From NCBI RefSeq assembly GCF_964355755.1, contig NC_092676.1:17998871-18062870 (forward strand): a stretch of DNA of 64,000 bases, given 5' to 3'. Numbering within the stretch: the first letter of the stretch is position 1; every line of letters begins with the position of its first letter. The position numbers and the translations under genes were made by a program. This DNA is from Antedon mediterranea. Lineage: Eukaryota > Animalia > Echinodermata. Below are positions 53,001-63,916 of the stretch, piece after piece. Below the pieces are notes generated by a model, which had not been told where the DNA came from, ran no database searches, and saw only the letters and a program-made list of their open reading frames with translations.

Positions 53001-56000
53001 TATCATAGTCTAGACAAAGAAGGTGTCCACACCATGTCAAGCGTCTTCTCTTTATAACTCTGTTCCATTTTTCCACATGTGTGCTGTTATATAAATCTAT
53101 ATTTGTTATTATATTAGACCATCTGGAATAATTAATGTTTAAGATAAATGCCTTCAGTTGATTATGTTGCTATCAACTATGATTAATGAATTGTGAGTAA
53201 TAATAATGCAATATGTACAAAACATACTTACAATTCTAGCAAATTGTTCAATCCATGAAATATATCAGCTGGTAAATTACTAATTTGGTTGCCCCACAAA
53301 GATCTGCAAAAATAAAAAATGAACAACATTTAAAAGTGAAGTTTGTCTACTTTATATGCTACCCATGGTTTCACTATTTTGTTTTCTTTAGTTTATTTTA
53401 ACATAATTTTGTATCCAGAAAGTATATAAAAAGTTGAAAAATTAATGTTTTTATTTAATATGATTAACTTAAATTAATCATTTCAAAACAATTTTACAAA
53501 TGTTATAATAAATTGCAATTATTGCTATTTATCATCATCATCACGTACACTGAACGTCATGTGACATAGTGCGCTTTTAAGTCTTAAAAGACTTCTCCAA
53601 TCAGAGAGATTATTAGCCGAAGTGTACATAGACTTATTTATTTTTTCTTTTTGCATCATTTTCTATAATTTTTATCCATGTGGTTCTAGGTTGTTCTCTT
53701 CTGTCATTGATTCAGATAGAGTTCATTGTGCTGGGATATCATAGTCTAGACAAAGAAGGTGTCCACACCATGTCTAGCGTCTTCTCTTTATAACTCTGTT
53801 CCATTTTTCCTCATTTGTGCTGTTATATAAATCTATATTTGTTATTATATTAGGCCATCTGGAATAATTAATGTTTAAGTTAAATGCCTTCAGTTGATTA
53901 TGTTGCTATTAACTATGATTAATGAATTGTGAGTAATAATAATGCAATAAGTACAAAACATACCGTATTTTCCGGAGTATAGGTCGACCCCAAGTATAAG
54001 TCGACCCCCAACTTTGACCTAGAATATCGTTGATTTTGGTATGACCTGAATATAAGTCGACCCCCAAAATCGGCTAATAACACAACTTACTTTAAAGTTC
54101 AAAGAAGGCTAGAAATGTATGAAATGTGGTTGTTTGTTATACAATTATTAAAGTGTAGGCCTAATCAATATCGGACGGACGTAATCACAACGGCTTCGCC
54201 GCCGTCTTCGCCAGCCTATAATAAATGACAGCGATGTAGCGTTACAGTACTTGCCATCAGCGATGTTTTTTCGCGTCACTCGAATAAATTAAAACGAGTT
54301 TTTCGTTAGGAGGCTTATTAAATTGTACAGGCGAGTAGTTGTAAATCGCGTTATCTGTAAATGTACACGCGCCGGACTGAGGAGAATTTATTTATGAATA
54401 GACATGCGCAGTAATTGTAATTACGAACAAACAAACAAACTGCGCATGTGTATAGATGAAAATATCGCGCAATAACAAACATGCTGCATGGACATTCCAA
54501 CATCGTGTAGTTCGTTTGTGGTGTGTGTTACGATGTTTTCGCGTGTGAATACGAAGCATATGAAACACAAACGAAAACTATTTATTCTTAATTATTTTAA
54601 TAAAAGCGTAATATAAACATCAACATTAATCTGTGTTATATATTAATAGTACTTGTACCACCAGTACTTGTTGGAGTTGTATTATTTTGTACAATGTAGG
54701 TATTATTAAATTGAAAACTCCTGTGAGTGATTGATGATAGGCCACTGACCTTGCTAGGCCTTGACAGCTGACGGCTTTTGAACGAATTTTTTCGGCTTGA
54801 TTTTTTTCAAAAATCGCATGGTCGGAGTATAAGTCGACCCCCCGATTTTGCAATTAAAATTTTCCCACAAAGTCTCGACCTATACTCCGGAAAATACGGT
54901 ACTTACAATCCTTGCAAATTGTTCAATCCATCAAAAACACCAGCTGGTAAATTACTAATTTGGTTGTCATGCAAATATCTGTAAAAACAAAAAATGAACT
55001 GTATATTTAAAAGTGATGTCTGTCTAGTTTATGTTACCCATGGTTTCACTATTTTGTTTTTTTTTTAGTTTAACATAATTTTTATGCCAAACTTTTATGA
55101 TAATTTATGTATGATCTTGTTCAGTGAAAACTTTTAACATTGCAAGTTGAAATAGAATTCATACCTTACAAAAGAGAGCACTGTGAATATGTCAATTAAA
55201 TACAACAATCTGTCTCATTTTGGTTAAAATCAACACATTAAATTTTTGATTTATGAAAATAATGTTGCAAATTTAATTTTTTTGTAATATGATTAATATT
55301 ACTTACATAGACGATTCACAATTATTTTGTAAATGTTACAATAAATTTCAATTATTATTTTCAACTATGATTAATGAATTGTTAGTAATAATAATACAAT
55401 ATGTACAAAACATACTTACAATCTTTGCAAATTGTTCAATCCATGAAATATATCAGCTGGTAAATTACTAATTTGGTTGTTATCCAACCATCTGAAACAA
55501 AAATAAACAACATTTAAAAGTCAAGTGTGTCTACTTTATATGCTACCCATGGTTTCACGATTTTGTTTTCTTTAGTTTATTTTAACATCATTTTTTATCC
55601 AACTTTTAGAATTTATGTATGATTATTTTGTTCAGTGAAAACTTGTAACATTGAAAGCTGAAACAGAATTCATATCTTACAAAAAGAGCACTGTTACAAC
55701 CGCTAATGTAGAAAACGCCAGCTAATGTCGAAACAACCGTTAATGTAGAACAATCCACCGCTTATGTAGTAAAACCTCCAGCTAATGTAGAAATACCAAC
55801 AGCTTATGTAGTAAATAAAAATCAACACCAGCTAAAGTAGAAACAGTCAACAGCTTATGTAGTAACGAAAATTGCCTCCCAGCTTATGTAGTTACTATCG
55901 CCAGCTAATGTAGAAAATGTTATATATTTTACAAAAATGTCTAATTCATGTGCAAATGCATCGATCTTTACTTAGCTATCAGTCTTTCCACCTCTCGTAA

Positions 56001-59000
56001 GCAACCAACTTTCTAAAATGACCACACATCGTAATAAGCTACCATCTCTGTTAAGGGACCGCTTCTCATAATCGACCACGTCTCGTAAGGGATCACCTCC
56101 TCTCGTAAGGGACCGCTTCTCATAATCGACCACCTTTCGTAAGCGACCACACCTCTCGTAAACGACCACCTCTTTTAAGGGACCACGACCTCTTTCTCCC
56201 TATTAACGGACCGCTTCTCATAATCGACTATCTCCCGTAACAACGACCTCTGGTAAGTGACCACCTCTATTGAACGTCCACCGTTTCTATTAAGGGACCG
56301 CTTCTTATAATCGACCGCCTCTCGTAAGTGATCACCGCCTCTCATAAGGAACCGCTTTTCATAATCGACCACCTCTCGTAAGCGACCACCTCTTTTAACG
56401 ACCACACCTCTCGTAAGTGACCACTTCTTTTAAGGGACCACGACCTCTTTATCTCTATTAAATATTCAATGATGAGAAGCGGTCCCTTAACAGAGACAGT
56501 GGTCGTTCAATAGAGGTGGTCACTTTCGAGAGGTCATTGTGATGGGAGATGGTCGATTATGAGAAGCAGTCCCTTAATAGAGGTGGTGGTCCTTTAAAGT
56601 AGGTCGTCACTTACGAGAGGTGGGGTCGTTAAGAGAGGTGGTCCTTTAAAAGAGTCGTCACTGACGATTATGAGAAGCGGTCCTTTAATAGAGAGAAAGA
56701 GGTCGTGGTCCCATAAAAGAGGTGGTCACTTATGAGAGGTGTGGTCCTTAAGAAAGGTGGTCGTTTACGAGAGGTGGTCGATTATGGGAAGTGGTCCCTT
56801 ATGAGAGGAGGTGATCCCTTACGAGACGTGGTCGATTATGAGAAGCGGTCCCTTAACAGAGATGGTTGCTTACGATGTGTGGTCGTTTTAGAAAGTTGGT
56901 TGCTTACGAGAGGTGGAAAGACTGATAGCTAAGTAAAGATCGATGCATTTGCACATGATTTAGACATTTTTGTAAAATATATAACATTTTCTACATTAGC
57001 TGGCGATAGTAACAACATAAGCTGGGAGGCAATTTTCGTTACTACATAAGCTGTTGACTGTTTCTACATTAGCTGGTGTTGATTTTTATTTACTACATAA
57101 GCTGTTGGTATTTCTACATTAGCTGGAGGTTTTACTACATAAGCGGTGGATTGTTCTACATTAACGGTTGTTTCGACATTAGCTGGCGTTTTCTACATTA
57201 GCGGTTGTAACAAGCACTGTGATTATGTCCATTAAATACAACAATCTGTCTCATTTTGGTTAGTAACCAACGACTTAAATATATTTGATTTATATGAAAA
57301 TAATGTTGAAAAATTAATGTTTTTATTTAATATGATTAACTTAAATTATTCATTTCACAATTATTTTACAAATGTTATAATAAATTGCAATTATTGCTAT
57401 TTATCATCATCATCACGTACACTGAACGTCATGTGACATAGTGCACTTTTAAGTCTTAAAAGACTTCTCCAATCAGAGAGATTATTGGCCAAAGTGTGCA
57501 TGGAATAATTTATTTTTTCTTTTCTATCATTTTTATCCATGTGGTTCTAGGTTGTTCTCTTCTGTCATTGATTCTGATAGAACTCCTTGTGCTGGGATAT
57601 CAGAGTCTAGACAAAGAAGGTGTCCACACCATGTCTAGCGTCTTCTCTTTATAACTCTGTTCCATTTTTCCTCATTTGTGCTGTTATATAAATCTATATT
57701 TGTTATTATATTAGGCCATCTGGAATGATTAATGTTTAAGTTAAATGCCTTCAGTTGATTATGTTGCTATCAACTTTGATTAATGAATTGTGAGTAGTAA
57801 TTTTTTTTTTTTCTTTTCTTTTCTTTATTAAAAACAAACCAATTGGCAGCAAATCTGCTGAATTGCATGGTAAGGGACAATATACATTCAAAAGACAAGT
57901 AAAGTAATAGTCATCATTAAACAAAATTATCACAATTACAAAATATATGTAAATTTAAACATAAAGTATAAAAAATATAGTCATATTGCAAGGATATAGT
58001 ATACATTATTACTTAATTACAGTATAAAAATATAATCTTAAATTTAAGTTGCAGTATTTACTTTGATTTCTTAATTAAGGTTTACATCAGTCGACTTCAG
58101 ACAATTAAATAATTACAATTATACATTTACAAAAACATTAAATTCAAAATTAAATGAGAATTAAAAATAAATTGAGTCAAATTCAAGAAATTTCTACTAG
58201 GCCTATATGTCAAATTGATTAATATTTGGTTACATTATACATTTATTTTCTTTTATTATTTAATCAATACTGTTGAGGCAGCGAGTGAGAAACGGGATTG
58301 CACTGTTTCCATATCTATTTGTCTTATTTTTGGGGACCTGGTATGTATTACTTTTCCGTAAGGCCATATTATGCGTACTCATATTTCTCGGAAACCACTC
58401 AGCATATCTATACGCATTAGCACATTTCTTTGCAAATTCAATGCATAGTTGGTAACGTCTCTCAGTCATAGTATGGAGTCCCAACTGCTTCAGTGACTCC
58501 GTGTATGATACGTAATCCGCACCAACGATAATGCGGCATGCTCTCTTTTGGATTCGCTCCAATTGGCAGGTCTGTTCCTTGGTTATACTGCTATGCCAAA
58601 CCGGGACAGCGTACTCACTTATTGGGCGAACATAACACGTATACACGGAGATCAAATCTTCAGTCGGGACACCAAACCGTTTGAGACGTGATAGCATGTA
58701 TAGTCGTCGACTACTTTTACTAATAATATCGTTAAGGTGGGACTGCCAGCCAAGATTGGACTGGACAGTCAGGCCCAGAAGCCTGGTCTCAGACACCGCC
58801 TCAAGCTCCACCCCAGCGATTTGAAGGTGAGGAGGGTTAGGCGGTTCCTTCATAAAACAAACCTGCATAACCTTGCACTTACTGGGGTTGAGCTCGAGAC
58901 GGTTGTCCGTTGCCCAAGCATCCAGATCCTGAACATCCACTCCAATCTGGCTGGGTTGATTTGCGGGACGAACTTCTACAAGGCTGAGGTCATCAACATA

Positions 59001-62000
59001 CTTAAAGCTTTTAGCCAGAGACTCCTCAGAGGCATTATTGATAACAACCATGAAGATTATGGGGCCTAGCTTGGTGCCTTGTGGGACTCCACAAGAAAGC
59101 GTCTCCCACCGTGACAAGGCAGACTGGTATTGCACTCGTTGGCGACGAGATGTAAGGAAGTTTGTTATCCATGGCAGTAACTCGCTTCTGACACCAAGCT
59201 CGAAGAGTCTCTGAATAGCTAAAGTATGATCGATACAGTCAAACGCCTTGGAGAAGTCCGTCACAATAAGGGTGCCAACATTCTTACCCTTGTCTGTACC
59301 TTTAAAAAACAAATCAAGTATTTCAATAAGACAATGGGCAGTGGATGATCCTTTTATGCCACCATATTGGTTACGATCAATTTCTTTACCTATATCTTCC
59401 ATAACCCAGTTGGAAACAAATCCTTCGCAAGAATCGATGTCAAAGATATTGGTCTTAATTTAGAGATTGAGGCAGGGGTAGTCTTTGGGATAGGGGAAAT
59501 TGTGGCATCCTTCCACATTTTAGGAACAATTCCCTCTTTTAGAGATGAGTTAAATAAGTCACAAATGGGAACAGTGTCGATTCGACGGGCCTGACATGGA
59601 GAAATTGAATTGAAAATTACGGAACAATATTCAAGGTGAGGACGTATAATAGATTTGTATAAAGATAAAAGTGCCCTGCCGTCGTTCATAAACCTACAAT
59701 TTCTCCATATTAAGCCCATCATTCTATTAGCTTTTGACAACACATGATTAATATGTGAACAAAAATTTAATTTACTATCAATAAAAATACCTAAATCTTT
59801 CCATACATAAACCATCTCAAGATCATGTCCATTCAAATTATAATTGAAGAGCACAGGCCTTTTTTTAAGTGTTATAGATAAATATTTGCATTTATTAGCA
59901 TTCAGTTTTATCCCCCACTTCTCCGTCCATTCCACGAGACCATCCAGATCCTCCTGAAGTGAAAAAGCATCCTGTGGAGTGGTAATCACTTTGAACAATT
60001 TCAGATCGTCAGCAAATGAAAGAGACTCGGAATGATAAAATTTTAAAGGAAGATCGTTGATAAATAAATTAAACAAAAGCGGGCCCAGGATCGAGCCCTG
60101 CGGAACGCCCGATAACACAGGGAGCCAATCAGATGTCTCTCCCCCAATGACAACACGCTGTTGTCTATTAGTTAAATAGCTTTTAAACCAACTTAAAAGT
60201 GAACCGGATAAACCAAATTTTGAAAGTTTAAAAATAAGCAAATCATGGGAAACGGAATCAAAAGCCTTAGAGAAATCAGTGTAAATCACATCGCACTGCT
60301 TCTTGCTGTTAATTGCATCGTATGATGTAGCAAGAAGCAGTGCGAGGTTGGTTTGACATGATCTCCCAGAGACAAAACCATGCTGCCTAGGACTTAAAGC
60401 ATTAGCAACATGTGATGACAAACCATCATGCACAATGCGCTCAAAAATCTTAGACATAGTAAGCAATAACGAAATAGGACGATAGTTACAGATTAGTTTT
60501 TTGGGACCACTCTTGTGAATTGGGACAATATTAGCGTGTTTCCAAGATGAAGGAAAAACCCCAGAACTGTTGGCATTTATAGCTTCTGCTATTGCTTTGT
60601 TATCATCCGGTTGGACCCCTGGGACAGTAATAAGGGCTCGCTGTTGGCATTTGTTTGTTATTAGTTGAATACCTTTGTGCCAGCCAGACGGGTCACTTGA
60701 CTTAAGATTTTGAATGCAATCTCTGTAATGGAATTTCTTTGCCTGATCTATGAGTCGTATAACTTTGTTGCGCAAGAAACGCCAGAGAAACATCTTTTTC
60801 TCGGCAAAAGCAATCTGTCGTTTTCTAATTAAGTCTTTTTCTCAGTAGAGATCCATGGTTTGTCCTGAGAATGATGTTTAATTAATTTAGTAGGGAAGTG
60901 ATTGTCAATTGCATCCTGAACGGTAGTGTAAAATGCATCAGCCTTATCAGATGTAGAGGATGCATCAAGAACTTCATACCAAGGATGATTGGTTATCCAT
61001 CTTCCAAACTCATAAATACAATGTTTACGTAATGGCCTAACTAATCGTTTAATTTGTTTACCCGTTTTACTACAACCGATTGGTGGCAGGTAGATGGTAT
61101 TATGATCGCTTCTTCCAATCGGAGAGCATACAATAGGCTTCTTATAATAGTTCTTTAAATTAGTAATTACCAAATCTAATATGGCATCACCCCGAGTAGG
61201 CTGGTCTATAATCTGCTTCAACGAGTGAGCTCTACACGTACGTACGTAGGACGTACTCGAAGCCATATGCATTCCAATTCATCTGGGACAATGATGTTAT
61301 TTAATGTACTTACAGGTAGGCTGTCCTTGACATAAACGGCCACTCCACCCCACGCTTTCCACTTCTCTTTGTAGTAAAAACATTAAACCCGCTTACTGCT
61401 ATATAGTCATTATCAACCTTATCTGATTGCCAGGTTTCGGTAATAACAGCGATATCGGTGGTACTGACATCAGTTTGTTTCAATAATATTTCAAGTTTTT
61501 CGGGTTTTTTCAATAAAGATCGGGCATTAGTAAGGAACACACCTGGAAGAAACTTAGCAGTGAATTTTGCTGTTAATTGTGCAGGTAAAACGTATGCGAG
61601 TACAGGCGGTGGGCGAATATGACAGATGGATGGAACTGCTGGTCTGTTTCTAAAAATTACCTGTATCGGGCGTTTGATTTTCCGACCACCCCGTCTACCT
61701 CTACGAAATGCGGTTTTAAGTATACCAAGATCATCAAGCTTGTGCTTTATACTAGATGAAAGTTTAGCACCCTTAAGTGCAAGTGACTTCAACGTCTTAG
61801 CATTGTATACATACCGCGTTCGAGTGTAGGGCAGCTTCACAAGTGTAGAAAACAATAGTCTCATACATTCAGCTATGTACCACCTGTTGATTGCGTTCGC
61901 TACGTACCACCACTGGTGTAGAGCGTTGGGCCTAGGCAATTCTGTATCACTCATGTTGATAAATTTGTTACAAAAATCGTGCAAATGTCTACAGGTCTTG

Positions 62001-62243
62001 TCGAAAATCAGTAATAATAAACTGCATTCATAATACATACGGTCACGGAAAAATATCACTTGGAATTCAACAAAAACTGAACAAAATAACAAGACAAGAA
62101 AAGTGTGACTGCTACCAAGCGCCACCAGATACCACAATACTGTATGTACAAAACATACTTACAAGTATTGCAAATTGTTCAATCCATGAAATATAGCAGC
62201 TGGTAAATTACTAATTTGATTTCTCAAAATATCATATATGTTA
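43085..62243 (-). CDS. LRR-GPCR paralogue B (partial, spliced): at least 15 LRR exons + hinge/7TM exon; LGR type-C / GRL101-like receptor
   Basis: All exons phase 2-2 and splice in frame into the terminal 7TM exon; N-terminal exons expected right of the window. Confidence 0.85.
44537..44608 (-). CDS. 72-nt unique last LRR exon, NLTYNNLKDYEDKTFKELVNLTQ
   Basis: ctacag acceptor, gtaagt donor, phase 2-2. Confidence 0.85.
44973..45047 (-). CDS. 75-nt unique LRR exon, QLQNNSITNIEDGAFSPFASSLLIL
   Basis: aacag acceptor, gtaagt donor, phase 2-2. Confidence 0.82.
45364..45435 (-). CDS. 72-nt LRR exon, FLDNNQISNLPAGIFDGLNNLQIL
   Basis: ttcag acceptor, gtaagt donor, phase 2-2. Confidence 0.88.
45803..45874 (-). 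CDS. 72-nt LRR exon, WLNGNEIRNLPADIFDGLNNLQDL
   Basis: tttag acceptor, gtaagt donor; counterpart of the 1157 exon. Confidence 0.88.
46151..46222 (-). CDS. 72-nt LRR exon, LLSGNEISNLPADIFHGLNNLQRL
   Basis: ttcag acceptor, gtaagt donor, phase 2-2. Confidence 0.88.
46286..48045 (+). mobile_element. Non-autonomous Helitron in an array-B intron
   Basis: TC start, GATGGTACGC...GCGTACCATC hairpin, CTAG end; splits intron motif catgct|tttact. Confidence 0.88.
47367..47672 (-). mobile_element. L2/CR1-type LINE 3' end nested in the Helitron
   Basis: Minus strand TGTAAAGCGCATTGAG...AATGCGCTATATCAAG...(TTA)n tail; absent from the other Helitron copies. Confidence 0.65.
48268..48339 (-). CDS. 72-nt LRR exon, HLHDNQISDLPADIFHGLNNLLWL
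   Basis: tgcag acceptor, gtaagt donor, phase 2-2. Confidence 0.88.
49132..49203 (-). CDS. 72-nt LRR exon, WLDNNQISNLPADIFHGLNNLQYL
   Basis: tgcag acceptor, gtaagt donor, phase 2-2. Confidence 0.88.
49851..49922 (-). CDS. 72-nt LRR exon, VLSDNQFSNLPADIFDGLNNLLWL
   Basis: tgcag acceptor, gtaagt donor, phase 2-2. Confidence 0.88.
50749..50820 (-). CDS. 72-nt LRR exon, YLHDNQISDLPADIFHGLNNLLEL
   Basis: tgcag acceptor, gtaagt donor, phase 2-2. Confidence 0.88.
51614..51685 (-). CDS. 72-nt LRR exon, WLDNNQISNLPADIFHGLNNLQYL
   Basis: tgcag acceptor, gtaagt donor, phase 2-2. Confidence 0.88.
52334..52405 (-). CDS. 72-nt LRR exon, VLGDNQFSNLPADIFDGLNNLLWL
   Basis: tgcag acceptor, gtaagt donor, phase 2-2. 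Confidence 0.88.
53232..53303 (-). CDS. 72-nt LRR exon, SLWGNQISNLPADIFHGLNNLLEL
   Basis: tgcag acceptor, gtaagt donor, phase 2-2. Confidence 0.88.
53963..54899. mobile_element. Tc1/mariner-superfamily MITE
   Basis: 25-bp perfect TIR CCGTATTTTCCGGAGTATAGGTCGA, TA TSD, subterminal TATAAGTCGACCCC repeats. Confidence 0.88.
54907..54978 (-). CDS. 72-nt LRR exon, YLHDNQISNLPAGVFDGLNNLQGL
   Basis: tacag acceptor; gtaagta donor preserved next to the MITE. Confidence 0.85.
55420..55491 (-). CDS. 72-nt LRR exon, WLDNNQISNLPADIFHGLNNLQRL
   Basis: ttcag acceptor, gtaagt donor, phase 2-2. Confidence 0.88.
55692..57212. mobile_element. Foldback-type non-autonomous DNA transposon (TGT...ACA ends, 5-bp TSD)
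   Basis: TSD AGCAC (55687-55691 / 57213-57217); >400-bp near-perfect inverted arms built of GCTAATGTAG and GACCACCTCTC subrepeats; whole element roughly palindromic about ~56460. Confidence 0.85.
57801..62135 (-). mobile_element. CR1/L2-group LINE, copy B (same insertion as 9891-15715, duplicated with the gene)
   Basis: Identical junctions; open RT ORF 58260-59402; same foreign RT insert at ~59576-60571; lacks the Helitron. Confidence 0.9.
62163..62243 (-). CDS. 81-nt LRR exon, NIYDILRNQISNLPAAIFHGLNNLQYL (copy B)
   Basis: Identical to 15743-15823; acceptor inferred. Confidence 0.65.
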
Positions 62244-63696
62244 CTATAACTCGTGTTCTGCACGGTCTTTTTCTGCCTTAATATGTGGTTTTATACTTTG
62301 CATGGACAAGTATAATAACAACGCACTTTAATAAAAGTACTTTGACAAATTATTAAAATGAAAACAAATTGTATCACGAATAAAATTCGGAACTAACTGT
62401 ATTTACGGCCATTGGTTTGTTATACACTATCCCTTCACTTTAAAATATATGTAGCTGTGCTGTGTAAATTAGATGATGCTGTGTAAATTAGATGATGCGC
62501 GCAAACACACAACGAAAGTATTAAAATGCCAAACTATATCATTAATATGTATTATGTATATGTATATGTATATAATATGTATTAATTATTTGATATGTAG
62601 AGATAAAAAAAAAGTGGACAAAAATCAAATGAAAAACACATTGCTGCACAAACACGAATTGTTAAGTTTATTGGGCAGACATCTCGGTCCTAACGGGACA
62701 CAGGAAGATAGCCTACAGTTATTCCTGCAAGCTTACTCAATAAAACTCAGCTATCGGGATTTCACTCGAAAAATGTCTTATCAAATCTCCCTATGTAATT
62801 TTATAATACAATTCCCCACAATATATTCTGATTCTTTATGGCGTATATTTAATTTGATCTTTATTAATTTGCAGTATAATTCCTATTATTTAACTACTGT
62901 ACCTTCACACACGTGTGGTATGTTTTAAAATAAACAAAAAACTGAAATGGCTATGATTAATGGCCAATTTTTTTTTCTTCTTCCAAAGGGACACTGTATT
63001 GATTGATGGAAAGTGCCTGTTTCCAGTCACCTTTAGGGTCAAATCTATTATTTTAACGGCTCCCTTGTGTATAAAAGAGAGAAAATATTTGAAACTAAGG
63101 TGAACTTATCTTAAACCCGGAAATTACTTTGACCGGGAAGAATTGAAATTGAGAGGAAAATCCAATGTTGAAATCATAAATGTTGTTAAAAAACTCTTTA
63201 TAATATCTTCCTAAGATATAAATATGGAACAATAGCGTCGGCGTGCACACTAATGTTATCAAATCTACGTTTCGCGGTACATCTCGGATAGATAAGGTAG
63301 GTATCCAAGGCGGAGATTTGTACCAAAGTTTTTGCATTGTGCTCGCCTACGTCAGAATTAACCATAATTTATATATAGATAATAACGATTTACACACGTG
63401 GGCTTACGCTTTTTTTGCTTACATAAAAAAAAAATGTTAGCCTAGCGTTGCATGCTCCAAGCATGGAGGTCTATTTGTTACATCCAGTGATTTGTAAAAG
63501 TCGGAGGCTGGATGGCAATCTATAGTGTTATCGCAGTTCAAGAATTGATTCTCCATGGAGAGGGAACCAACATGATGGCGGCTACAATCGACCAATCAGA
63601 TATGCCCTACGCAGTACGCACTACGCCTGTGTTAGTTTAGTTTAGTTTAGTTATAATGGGAAAGTTTAGGCGAGTGCCTTTTTAACCCCATATCAA

Positions 63697-63916
63697 CTAC
63701 ATTGTGTCGATGCGATTCTTGAAGGTGTTAGTGGTCTCAGAATTAACAACGTCAGCTGGTAAACTGTTCCAATGGTTTATTACTCGTTGCGAGAAGGTAT
63801 GTCTTCTACAGTTCAATCCTTTATGGAAAATAGGCTTGAAAAATCTCAGGTGATGTCCTCGAGTAATTCTGCTAATATTACTTCTCATCTGGAAAAAGTC
63901 ATCCTTGAGCCTATCT
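63697..63916 (-). mobile_element. CR1-type LINE 3' fragment (duplicate of 17241)
   Basis: Identical translation TRGH...WNSLP. Confidence 0.75.

Larger units (their letters stand above)
45300..57800. repeat. Tandem exon+intron repeat array B
   Basis: Same unit family as array A, interrupted by three transposons. Confidence 0.95.

Noticed and set aside
55972-56932. Repetitive ORFs (REVVDYEKRSL...)
   Set aside because: Translations of subrepeats in the foldback arms; they occur on both strands by symmetry.
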